A DNA stretch of 64,000 nucleotides, from positions 3,136,001-3,200,000 of the forward strand of contig OZ219791.1 in assembly GCA_964291215.2 (NCBI GenBank), read 5' to 3'. The notes under the pieces were generated by a model that made no database searches, was not told the origin of the DNA, and saw nothing but the letters and a program-made list of their open reading frames with translations. The DNA is from Alphaproteobacteria bacterium. Lineage in GTDB: Bacteria; Pseudomonadota; Alphaproteobacteria; MPNO01; UBA830. Of the stretch, positions 20,970 to 30,922 are shown piece by piece (the stretch's first letter is position 1; every line of letters begins with the position of its first letter). A program made the position numbers and the translations under genes.

Positions 20970-22222
20970 GCGGTTTTGCCCGTTCTTGCGTATGGATTCG
21001 AGAGAGTTCCGGTTCGGGTTCTGTCAGATCCCCGGGGCCGCGCCGCCCCCGGTCGTTCGGCGGGGCGGGCCGAGGTCGCGGGCGAATAGGGCCTTCGGAC
21101 AGCGACCGGACCGGTAGCTGTCATGGTGCAGCGTATGCGAGGCCGATACCAGACTGGTAGTTTCGCAGGAGCAAGTCCATGTCCAGCGGGGGCGGAAGGG
21201 GCCTCCATGTCAGGCGGGGTCCGGCGGAGCGGCGCCCAACCTCCCGATATCGCGCATGTGTTTGCAGCAAACACGGGAGCTACCAATCCGGTGCGACCTT
21301 TCCCGGCATGACAGGAGCGGACAGACCTGCGCCCGCCCGCGGCATGGGCGGCCAGCAGCGGACACGTGCAGCCATGGCAACGCCTGCATCAAGGATGCGT
21401 CGGGTGTGACGGTAAAACTCCGAACGGAGTCGAGATCGGGCGAGGTTGCCCTGCACACCACCATCGCCTGAAACGCCGGCGTCACAAGGGACGGGAGCCG
21501 TCGCGGCGATTGAGCGAGACGACCGGTCCGCGATCTTCGGGCGCGTTCCGCGTTGTCGTCCGGTCGCAGAGGTAACAGAACGCGGCGCGGCGTGCAAACG
21601 GCGGAGGGCAGTCTTCACACATGGCGCACCGGAGCCGGCGGCGTTACCTCGGCGACACGGGCGCCGCCGCACATGTTCCGCGGAGCCGAAGGACGCCGCG
21701 CACATGTTACCGCGATACAGGCGTGCTGGACGAAAGCGGGGCTGTTCAGGGTGATCGCGTGCTGCTCACACATTGCCGCAGACGCAGACGGGGATGGCGC
21801 ACCCGTTACCGCGGCGTCGGCCGCGCGGGTGCGGTGACGGTTGCGATAGCCGTTGCGATCGGAGGCGCCGACGGCGGCGCCTGCACGACTGCGGGCAGCG
21901 GTGCGAAGCACGGTGTCGTGCCGGTCCGGCAGCAGCGCCGGCAGTGGGCGGGTCAGCAGTGCCTGCGGCCCTGCGCCGGGCTCGGCGCAGCCCGCGATGC
22001 ACCCATGCGAAGCATGGTGCAGCGGCGCGTGATGCGGCAGCCCCGGATCGCAGTCCGGGGCAGGTGCCGCAACGGCGAGCGGCGAGCGACAGCGAGCCGG
22101 AGCACGAACGCGGCGCGGAGCGCGCGCGAGGTGTCGGCGGCGCAGCGCGACGGGTGTGCGCATACGGAGACGGACCGCGCCGCCGCCGGAGCGGAGACGA
22201 CGCGGCCCGTGGGTGCTGCGTG

Positions 22223-22843
22223 TCAGGCGGGGCAGCGCATGACCGGGATGCCGAGGCTGCGGGCCTTGTCGACGAGGTTGTCGGTGATGCCGGAGCCGGG
22301 GAAGGCGATGACGCCCTTCGGCAGGAGGTTGAGCAGGTCGTCGTTGCGGCGGAACGGAGCGGCGCGACCGTGGCGGTCCCAGTCCGGTTTGCAGACGACC
22401 TGGTGGACGCCGTTGCGCTCGGCCCAGCTTGCGGCGATCTTCTCGACGCCGGGGCCGCCGCCATGGACGAGGACGAGGTCGGCATACTTGGCGCGGACCT
22501 TGTCGAGGCGCTCGATGACGGCCGCCGGGTTTGCGATGTCCTTTCCGCCTGCGATGGCGACGAGGGTTCCCTGGGGCAGGTGGGCCTGTGTCTTGCGGTC
22601 CTTTCGGGCGCGGACGAAGTCGCGGGCGTCGATGGCTGCGGAGGTCAGATGTCCGGTCTGGCTGGCGTGGCTGCCGCGCCGGGGCCGCCATGTGTTGCCG
22701 GTGACGGTGCGGTAGGCTTCGGCGGCCTCGTCGCGGAGAGCCTCGAAGGCGTCGCGTCGGTCGCCGAAGAGTGCGGCGTTGTCGCAGACGATCGCGGTTG
22801 CGGACTGCGCGGCGGTCTTGATGGTGTCGGTATGGAAGGTCAT
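22223..22843 (-). CDS. DUF2493 / YspA-SLOG family protein (ICE-associated)
   Basis: LVAIAGG, LVLVHGG.PGVEKIAASWA, AAPFRRND, IAFPGSGITDNL; AAGGA RBS. Confidence 0.85.
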   Translation of the reverse strand: MTFHTDTIKTAAQSATAIVCDNAALFGDRRDAFEALRDEAAEAYRTVTGNTWRPRRGSHASQTGHLTSAAIDARDFVRARKDRKTQAHLPQGTLVAIAGGKDIANPAAVIERLDKVRAKYADLVLVHGGGPGVEKIAASWAERNGVHQVVCKPDWDRHGRAAPFRRNDDLLNLLPKGVIAFPGSGITDNLVDKARSLGIPVMRCPA

Positions 22844-22931
22844 GTCGTTTTCCTTTCGGTTTTCACGTTCGGGGCCGATCCCCGTTGTGATGTCCTGTCG
22901 GGACACGCGCGCGGACCGCAGCCACCGGGGC

Positions 22932-23050
22932 CGGAATGAATGGCCTGGCGGGATGCGCGAGTGGTGCGGGCGCACAAGCGAGCGCAGCAAGCGCGGAGCC
23001 ACGGTCGCGCATTCCGCTAGGCCCAGGCGCGCCCGCGCCGTTTCATTCCG
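22932..23050 (+). other. Long imperfect hairpin upstream of the DUF2493 gene
   Basis: GGAATGAA pairs with TTCATTCC; CCTGGCGGGATGCGCGA pairs with TCGCGCATTCCGCTAGG via two G-T wobbles; GTGGT pairs with GCCAC. Confidence 0.6.
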
Positions 23051-23229
23051 AGTCCCGGCCGGAACGGAGCGCGAGCGGAGTGGAGGACCCCGCAGGGGTT
23101 GGCGGAGGGAGCCCGTGTGGCACAATGGGACAGCACAGCACCCGGCCAATTCTCTCGCCCTGCACGGACCCCATCGGCGGTTCGGCCGGCACGGTGCCGG
23201 AGCGGGAGGCGCCGTTGCCCGCCCTTGCG

Positions 23230-23457
23230 TCAGTTCCACAGGGGATGGGAGTCGACCCGCTGCCGGGCGACCTCGCGGATGCGGGTGCGGTCGTGGAGAT
23301 ACACCGGCCCGCGCGGGTCCTCGTCGAGATGTATGGCGAACACCCTGCGCCCCGGCCGGGTGCTGTCGTCGAAGGCGTGGACGTCGCCGACATGGTCGCC
23401 GTCCCGGTAGATGCGGGATTCGTCGGGGGCGATGCGGCGAAAGGTGATGGTGCTCAT
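23230..23457 (-). CDS. Small hypothetical protein
   Basis: MSTITFRRIAPDESRIY..., GGAG RBS, normal composition. Confidence 0.6.
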   Translation of the reverse strand: MSTITFRRIAPDESRIYRDGDHVGDVHAFDDSTRPGRRVFAIHLDEDPRGPVYLHDRTRIREVARQRVDSHPLWN

Positions 23458-23639
23458 CGGGTTCTCCGGGTAGCGTGACGGGTGCGCGAGCGGGCTCCCT
23501 CTCCTCCTCGCGCGGTTCACCCGCTTTCCAGCCTCGCTCCCACTCCCGTATGCGCCGCGGCGAGACTCGAACCTGCCCGCATGAGAAAAGGGCCGGCGCG
23601 CGAGGCGCCGACCCTGTGGGGAGGGAAGAACGGGAAGCT

Positions 23640-24086
23640 CTAGAACGGGATATGGTTCCCATCCATCGGGTCGCCACCGGCCGGCGCGGCGCAGCCCGCC
23701 GCGTCCGGGCCGGGCTGCGCGGCGTTGCCGTTCGCCTTGTCGAGGAACTGGACGCGCCCGCCGGGCACGAGCAGGATCTCGGTCGAGAAGCGGTCCGAGT
23801 CCTCGCCCGGCTTCGACCAGCACCGGGTCTGGAGCTTGCCGTCGATGTAGACCAGCCGGCCCTTCATGGCGTGCCTGGCGAGCATGTCGATCAGCCCGTC
23901 CTGGAAGGTCACGACCCGGTGCCACTCGGTCCTGTCGATCCGCTCGCCGCTGCCGTTCCGGTCGATGTAGCTCTCGTCGGTGGCAACGCTCAGATTGGCG
24001 ACGCGGCCGCCGTTCTGCAGGTGGTTGATGGTGACGTCCGCGCCGAGGCGGCCGATGATCTGCGCCTTGTTCAGTCCGAAGCTCAT
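23640..24086 (-). CDS. ssb: Single-stranded DNA-binding protein (mobile-element type)
   Basis: LNKAQIIGRLGAD, TEWHRVV, KGRLVYIDGKLQTR, C-terminal IPF. Confidence 0.93.
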   Translation of the reverse strand: MSFGLNKAQIIGRLGADVTINHLQNGGRVANLSVATDESYIDRNGSGERIDRTEWHRVVTFQDGLIDMLARHAMKGRLVYIDGKLQTRCWSKPGEDSDRFSTEILLVPGGRVQFLDKANGNAAQPGPDAAGCAAPAGGDPMDGNHIPF

Positions 24087-24617
24087 TGCGATACTCCTTC
24101 AGGTTCGCGTTGATGACGATGGGATGCGAACGACCGGAGCCGGGGTCACTCCCCCGAACCCCCGCCCGTTCAATCTCTTCAGGCCCTCCTCCCCTCTATG
24201 CCGCCGGAGGGAACGACGACCACGGGTTCCGGGGCTCCGCCGCCTCTTGGAGGGACATCCCGAACGCCGGTTCCGGGAAGAGGCTCGCGAAGCCGTGCTC
24301 CGGACAGGCCGCGCCCCGGTCGGGACAGCGGATGGCGCGCTCGTCCCCGGCGATCTCGCGGACGGTGCGACGCCGAGTTCGGCGAGCAGGTCGCAGCCGA
24401 GCGGAAGGTCGAGGGGTGTATCGGGATGGAACATGGGGGGCTCCTTTGCCGTTGCCCTGCGACCTGTGCCGGACATCGATCCGGCATCGGCGGGGAGTCC
24501 TCTCCTCCGTCCTGCCGGACACTCGCCCGGCAGGCGCTTCACCCCTCTCCACGACACAGGGACGGCGCGGCGGATCGCGGCCAGGCGAGCGCCGCCATCG
24601 CCGCCCGGGACAGCATG

Positions 24618-25637
24618 TCAGATCCAGGCGGTGAAGGAGGCGGTGACGGGGGCGTCGGCGACGATCTCGACGCGGTTGCGGTCGAGCTTCCCGAAGGCGA
24701 GGCAGAGGGCGACATCGGCCGGATCGTCGAACGGACCGTGCTCGCGGCCGGTCTCCAGTTCGATCACGGTCCAGACCGGCTCGTGGACCGGGGTGCCCCT
24801 GAAATGCGCCGAGCCTTGATACGACCTCTCGGCACAGGGCGCACAGCGCGCCGCCCCCTGTGACGGCGCCCCGCAGGCCGTGCACAGGCCGGCGGCCCGG
24901 CGTCGGGCGTACAACTGCCGCGAGCGTGCGTTCTTGCGCTCCGGGTTATGGCTGGCCTCCTCGATGGCGGCGCAGGGGCCGCAGCGCGAGAGGCCGGCCG
25001 GCTGCCCGCAGCGTGTGCAGCGGCCCCCGGCCCTGCGTTCGTCATATTGCCGCCGTTCCGCCGCCTGCCTCCTGTCCCGGCAGGGCTGGCAGGTGGTTCC
25101 GCACTCGACGGGGGGACGCCTGCCGCAGCGGATGCAGAGGCCGGCCTCGGCCCTTGCCTTCTGGCGGCGCCTGCTCTTGAGGCGGGCGGCCTTGCGTTTC
25201 GCCTCCGCATTGGCGCCGCCATAGGGCAGCCCGGCGGCCTTGCAGGCGGCGTAGCGGGCGCGGTCGTCGGCGCGGCGCTTCTCCAGGCACGGCTCGCACG
25301 ACGCGCGGCCATCGGCGGCCGGCTGCTTGCCGCAGCGGGTGCAGAGGCCTTTGGCGGCCCTTTGTTCCCTCTTGCTGCGGGTGCGCTGGCGCTCGGACTG
25401 CCGGACGGTTTCGGGGTCCCTTCGCGGCATGCCCGCGGCGCGCGGGCGGGCATCGCGGGCGCGGCCGGCGCGGTTGCGCTTGGCGGCGCACCCGGCGCAG
25501 ACGCTGCGCCCCGGCGCGGGCGGGACCTTGCCGCAGCGCGGACACAGGTCTTGGGCGATACGCGATGCGGTGCGCCGGGCGATACGCTCGCGGTCGCGGG
25601 CCTTGCGGACTTCCGGGTTGCGGCAAGCCATGGCCAT
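24618..25637 (-). CDS. Cys-rich protein with five tandem C4 zinc-finger-like repeats
   Basis: CxxCG-(6-11)-CxxC units separated by Arg-rich segments. Confidence 0.7.
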   Translation of the reverse strand: MAMACRNPEVRKARDRERIARRTASRIAQDLCPRCGKVPPAPGRSVCAGCAAKRNRAGRARDARPRAAGMPRRDPETVRQSERQRTRSKREQRAAKGLCTRCGKQPAADGRASCEPCLEKRRADDRARYAACKAAGLPYGGANAEAKRKAARLKSRRRQKARAEAGLCIRCGRRPPVECGTTCQPCRDRRQAAERRQYDERRAGGRCTRCGQPAGLSRCGPCAAIEEASHNPERKNARSRQLYARRRAAGLCTACGAPSQGAARCAPCAERSYQGSAHFRGTPVHEPVWTVIELETGREHGPFDDPADVALCLAFGKLDRNRVEIVADAPVTASFTAWI

Positions 25638-25717
25638 TCTCCCGGTGGATGATGCGGGGTCGGGCAGGAGACGCCCGGCCGGCGGCGGGCCGGCCGGACG
25701 TCCGGCGAGGCGGGCGG

Positions 25718-26044
25718 TCAGCCGCGCTGGCGGCGGTCGGCGAAGATCCCGAGACTGCGCCAGCCCCACAGCTGCACCCCGCAATGCCGCAGTCTGACCC
25801 CTGTCGCGATGATGATCTCGTCCCGGGCCGGACGCATCTCCTCAAGCGCCTTCGCGGTGACGATCGTGCCCCGGGCCTTGCGACGGCCCTTGCATTCCGT
25901 GCCGCCGGACCGGACGGGAACGATCTCGCCGTCGGCCTTCGAGACGTAGCGCTCGACGACATAACGGTCGTCCTCGAGACCGCCGCCGACGAAATGGATG
26001 AGATAGGTGCGCGCGTCGCCGCGCGGTGCGATTGCCGCCTGCAT
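25718..26044 (-). CDS. Hypothetical protein
   Basis: 108-aa ORF with GAAGGAG RBS, co-oriented with neighbours. Confidence 0.5.
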   Translation of the reverse strand: MQAAIAPRGDARTYLIHFVGGGLEDDRYVVERYVSKADGEIVPVRSGGTECKGRRKARGTIVTAKALEEMRPARDEIIIATGVRLRHCGVQLWGWRSLGIFADRRQRG

Positions 26045-26283
26045 CGTACCGTGCTCCTTCGACAGGTGAATGGGAACGGCGGCAGCGCTACTCTCCCTCC
26101 GGAGCGCCGACCGCCGCCCCGCTCACGGCCAGACCTCGCCTCCTGCCGGTGGAAGACGCGTGGATGGAGACGCCGGCAGGACGGCCATGCAGCGGACAGG
26201 AGCGCGGCGCGAGTTGAAAAGCCACACCCGGCATCATAAAAAGCACTTCCAAACAGCGCACACGCCTCAATGCAAGGAGAAAG

Positions 26284-27778
26284 GTAACTACTCACCCCCT
26301 GGTTCCGGCTTGATGTCGGGGTAGAGCAACAAACGGGGTTTCGTGGAGATTTGACACTGCATGCCGATTCGCTTAGTGGTGGTCATCGAGAACGATGGGG
26401 ACCGCCAGTGGGCTACTTTGGATCGAAGGCGACGAGCGGGCTGTGCCAGCTGCTTCCGGGGCTCCAGCCTCCGCATGATCTGTATGTGGAAACGCATCTC
26501 GGAGGCGGCGCGCTGATGAAGCGCAAGGCCGGGTGATGGCGACGGGCGGCGCGCGAGGAGTTCGAAGCGGCCAAGGCGCTGCCGGCAAGGTGGCGGAAGA
26601 GGCCGTGATCCGCGTCCTCGTCATCCTGCTCGACATCCTCATCGTCGTCCTTCTGGAGAAGACCACGCACGAGCCGGAACTCCGGTCTGCCGCCGTCACA
26701 GACGGACAAGAGCGTGCCGGGAGCAACGGCCCGAAGCCGAACCGGCAGATGGGCGACAACCTGCGCAAGACCATCGTCGAGGAAACGGTCGCGGCCTGCG
26801 ACGCCTGCGGCGCTGACGGCCCCGTCGATCGGGAGCGCCGCGTCCTCTATGACATCGTGTTCGAGGTCGTCGAGCGCCGCGCCGAGGAATGCCCGAAGTG
26901 CAAGGCCCGGGGCCGGTTCCCCGACAACATCCCGTGCAGTACGGCATCGGCATTCAGGCCCTCGTCATCAACCTGCTGGTCGCCCAAATGCTGTCCCTGC
27001 GCCGTGCCGTCGCGTTCGTGCAGGTGATCTCCGGCATCAAGCTCTCCGAGGCCTCGGCTATGCTTTCACGATGCGTCATGGGAGGCCGCCGCCGTGGCGC
27101 ACCTCCTGCAACGCCCAGCCCTGCATGTCGACGAGACCGGATTTCGGATCAACAGTAAGTGGCTCCATGTCGTGGGACCCTGACGTGCAAGTTCCCGCAC
27201 CGCAAGCGCGGGCAAGAGATCGGCCCGTGCTACAAGGGCGTCCTGACTGCTGGGCCTCGTATATGGGCCAGTGTAGCCACCAGCTGTGCGGTAGCCACCT
27301 GCTGCGCGAACTGACCTTTGTCGTCGAGGCTACCGCGCGACTGATGAAGAGCCTGCTCCCTGCCACAAGGTCAACAAGAGCGCATCCAAAACCCTGAACG
27401 ACGCCGGGCGCAAGCGCTACCGCACCATCAGGGCGCCAGGGAACTGCCCGACATCCCGACGAAAGGAAAACGTGGACGCAAACGCGCACAACCTGCACGA
27501 ACGTCTCGTGAAACACGAAAACCTGCGCTTCACAGACGACCCTGATGTCAGCTTCACCAACAATGCCGGAGAACAGAAGATCAGGATGGCAAAGGTCAAG
27601 GTGTCCGGATGCTTCCGCTCCACGCAAAAGCATGGTGCCGGGGCTCAAGCTACCTCACCTCCATGGCCGCACTCGGCTACAACCCACTCGTCGCCACCCA
27701 GATCGCCCTCGACGGAAAAGCCGCAGACATCATCAACGAGCACTATGAATCAGAACCCAACAAGGGGTGAGTAGATAC
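26284..27778 (+). mobile_element. IS66-family MTase-type element, copy 2 (non-autonomous, eroded)
   Basis: TIR GTAACTACTCACCCC / GGGGTGAGTAGATAC; 8-bp TSD GGAGAAAG; TnpC remnants (HVDETG, HQLCGSHLLREL, FTNNAGEQKIRMAKVK). Confidence 0.95.
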
Positions 27779-27793
27779 GGAGAAAGCTACATC

Positions 27794-28201
27794 ATGGGGT
27801 ATTTTGAACTGGAACCCTTCGGTAGGGAACCCGACGGACACGAAGGATTTCCAAACTCGTACAGAGTGTACGACACCTTTCGGGGAAGAGTCTTTGTGGG
27901 GACCATAGTCTATATGACGGAGCTAAAGGTGTTTAGGTCTGCCAGCGTATATGATTCGGCGGAGGATCTAGAAACAGCTTTTAGCGTCTCAGTTAAGTCC
28001 AATGAAGAGTGGAAGGGGGATGTGTCCTACAAAGACACTACCCCAATTAGGGAAGCTAGGAAATTGTACAAACTGTATATGGCAAAATTAAATTTTAGGG
28101 AACGTCTGGCTAGGGCATTTGGTTATTGGTGGCCCACTTTCGTGAGTATTTGGGCGATAATTGAGATAATAGCATCAATCATCGCGATCACTTTGAAATG
28201 A
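27794..28201 (+). CDS. Low-GC hypothetical protein with C-terminal transmembrane helix
   Basis: AT-rich ORF; WWPTFVSIWAIIEIIASIIAITLK; RBS is the duplicated GGAGAAAG. Confidence 0.65.
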   Translation: MGYFELEPFGREPDGHEGFPNSYRVYDTFRGRVFVGTIVYMTELKVFRSASVYDSAEDLETAFSVSVKSNEEWKGDVSYKDTTPIREARKLYKLYMAKLNFRERLARAFGYWWPTFVSIWAIIEIIASIIAITLK

Positions 28202-28399
28202 TCACCAAAGTCAGACTGTGACACTACCCAAATCCGACCGTTCACACTACCCCGAGACAGCGATCAAGCCGTCAACTGCCGGATTTAGGGTCAACGGCGG
28301 CATGAACGGGCGGGGATCGATGGCGGGGCGCGGGTTCCCGGCCGCCGGCGCTTCTTCGGCTGCCGGCCGGGACGGTCGGCGCCCCCGGATACCCGCGGC

Positions 28400-28661
28400 C
28401 GCATCCGGCACGGCATCGGCAGAGGCCGGGAGCCGTCTGGAGGCGGAGGTGGGCCACGGGTTCGGCCTTGCCGGTCCGGGGCCGCTGGCGGTGCTCACCC
28501 CCTGGGCGGGCTTGAGCCTGGCGGAGACGGACAGGCGCACCCTGCGCCTCGGCGCGCGCTACCGCCTCGGCGCGTGGCTCTCCCTCGGCCTCGAGGGCGC
28601 GCACCGGCCGGGCCCGGCTCTCGAAGACAGCCTCATGCTGCGCAGCGCGCTGCGATGGTAG
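28400..28661 (+). pseudogene. Autotransporter-like beta-barrel C-terminal fragment
   Basis: RLEAEVGHGF..LTPWAGLSL..LRLGARY..LGLEG..LRW amphipathic strands ending in W. Confidence 0.55.
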
Positions 28662-28850
28662 TGTGAGGGCGGCGAACAAGGGAGTGCCAGCTTCTGCGGA
28701 GCCGATGGAGGAAAGGGGCTCGACCGAGGGGAAGCGGAATTGCCAGGCACGCGCGGAACCCAGTGTCGGGAAAGCGTGTACCGAGCGGCAGCGTGGATAC
28801 GAAAAGCTGCAGAGAGAAACCCGAAAGAGCGTTTCACTGCACTCCTCCAG
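28662..28850 (+). mobile_element. Group II intron fragment (RNA upstream of the ORF plus RT N-terminus)
   Basis: GCGAACAAGGG..GCGGAGCCGATGGAGGAAAGGGGCTCGACCGAGGGGAA followed by WIRKAAERNPKERFTALL, typical of intron RT starts. Confidence 0.7.
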
Positions 28851-28907
28851 GGCTCGGTAACGAACCCTCCTGCCCGACCTCCGCGGCAGTGCGCACGGGG
28901 CTGCCGG

Positions 28908-30278
28908 TCAGGTGATGGAGGGAGCGCCGGGCGCCGGCCCCATGTCGTCCGCGAGGCTGTCCGCGACGGTGGCGGCGGCGGTCTTCACCGGTTGCCGTGC
29001 AAGGTGGGCGTAGCGGGCGGTGGTCTGGATCTGGCTGTGGCCGAGGAGCCGGGCAATCGTCGGCAGGCTCTCGCCGAGCGCGAGCGCCCTGCTGGCGAAG
29101 CTGTGGCGAAGGTCGTGAAGCCGCATGTCCTCGAGTCCGGCCTCGCGGCGGACCACCCCCCACGACGAGTTGAGATTGGCGAGGTGCGTTCCGGGTCCGC
29201 GCCCGAAGATGACCCAGGGATTGCCGGGCGTGCGGGGAAGGCAGGCGAACACTGCGGCCACCCTTGCCGGCATCGGCACCATCCGCGCGCCGGTTTTCGA
29301 GTCGCGCAGCCGCATCTCGCCGGTGTCGAAGTTGAGGTCGTCCCACCGCAGGCCGAGGATCTCGTTGCGCCGGCATCCGGTCAGCACGAGAAGGTAGATG
29401 GCGGCCGCCGCATGGGGGGACGCCCGGCGGGCGCGGCCCTGAGCGCCTCGCCGGGAGAGTTCCTCGCGGGTGAGGAAGCGCTCGTGCTTCTCGACCCTGA
29501 AACGGGGCACGCTCCGGGCCGGGTTGCGCCCCGAGGGACACCAGCCCCACTCGTCGGCCAGATTGAACATCTTGACCAGAATGTCGGCCGCCCGGTTGGC
29601 GACGGTGGGGCTGTGATGCAGCGCGTCGTGGAAGCGCAGGATGTCCTTGTGCCCGACCTCGGCGACGAGACGCCCGCCGAGTGCGGGCACGATGTGCTTG
29701 CGCAGCGTGATCCGGTAGCGGGAGACGGTGGCCGGCTTGCAGTGCATCTCGACATGTTCGCGGAAGTAGCGGTCCGCGAGGTCGGCGACGGTGGGATCGT
29801 TGGCCGGGTCCTGCGGGGGCTGCCCCGTCTTGATGCGGACGATGACCTCGGCGCCTCCTTGCGGGTCGGCGGAGAACGGGTTGCCGTGCTCGCCGAGGGT
29901 CACGCGCCTGGAACGGCCGAAGGCTCGCGTCTGGACGACGAAGACCTTCTTGCCGCTCGCGTAGACGCGCAGGCCGAAACCGGGCAGCTCGCGGTCCTAG
30001 TGTTGTGTCCCGTAAATACGCGCATATAACCTTTCAAGCTTGTCGAAGATCGAATCTGCGGTTGCGACCCATACGAAAGGGGATGTGGATTTTCGGTGGG
30101 CAACCAGAGGGAAAGTTGGCGGCCGCGGGGCATATCGAAAGGCCTCCTGTTGCGAGAGAGACCGAGAATATATCACACTTATTTACGGGACACAACACTA
30201 GTAGACGGTGTCCCTGCCATCGGCGGGAAGACTGTCGACGATACGCTTGGAGAGGGTGCGGTACTGGCGTTGCGTCAT
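28908..30278 (-). pseudogene. Tyrosine integrase with arm-binding N-terminal domain, interrupted by a MITE
   Basis: LTGCRRNEIL, RLHDLRHSFAS, LLGHSQIQTTARY; N-terminus MTQRQYRTLSKRIVD..TVY|DRELPGFGLRV. Confidence 0.88.
29997..30201. mobile_element. About 200-bp MITE with perfect 22-bp terminal inverted repeats (CTAG/TA target)
   Basis: CTAGTGTTGTGTCCCGTAAATA ... TATTTACGGGACACAACACTAG. Confidence 0.88.
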
Positions 30279-30922
30279 GGCGTCCTGCTCCGGAGACGAG
30301 GGCGTTCGGTCATGGCGACGATGAAAACGACGATGCCGGCTCCGCGTTCCGGCAGGTCCGGTCCGAATTCGGTCTGCGCCATCGCTCCCTCCGTCACGGC
30401 CTCGCCGAACCGGATTCGACGGATGGCGTCCTGCGGCGGAACGGGTCGATTTTCTCGTAAGCGCAGCGGGAATGCGAGCGTGCGAAACGGGTCGTAAGCA
30501 CTCGCTCTCTTGTCTCGTTTGGCGACTGTGGGTTCCATGGCCGCAATCTAGCGGACTGAAATAACCCTGTCAAAGCAAGCGCTTATGTCACACATGCCTC
30601 GAATGGAAGACCCTGGCAAGGATGCCGAAGCAGGTGCTTCATGGGAAGTTATTTACTTGCCCCAGATGTCTTCCGCGATCCCGCGCGTCGTCTTGCTAGC
30701 CCCGAGCCCGGCCAGCGCCGCCACCAGACGGCGGAAGGTGTGGGCGTGAGGGGGGGGGCGCAGCGACCGTCGCCGTCACCCAGGCCGTGGCGGCACCATC
30801 GCCGATAGCGTTCACCGCTCGCAGCTGTATTCGCTGCCGTTCTCCAAGCCCTCACCACATGGATGCAGGCTAATTCAAAATACTATATTGATTTAGACTC
30901 AAAAATCACTATACTACGTGAC

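Noticed and set aside
20970-22220. Several overlapping Arg/Ala/Pro-rich ORFs
   Set aside because: Low-complexity translations on both strands with no convincing RBS or motif.
28662-28850. Retron or DGR reverse-transcriptase system
   Set aside because: Only about 25 codons of an intron-type RT start remain; no catalytic domain, msr/msd or TR/VR pair.
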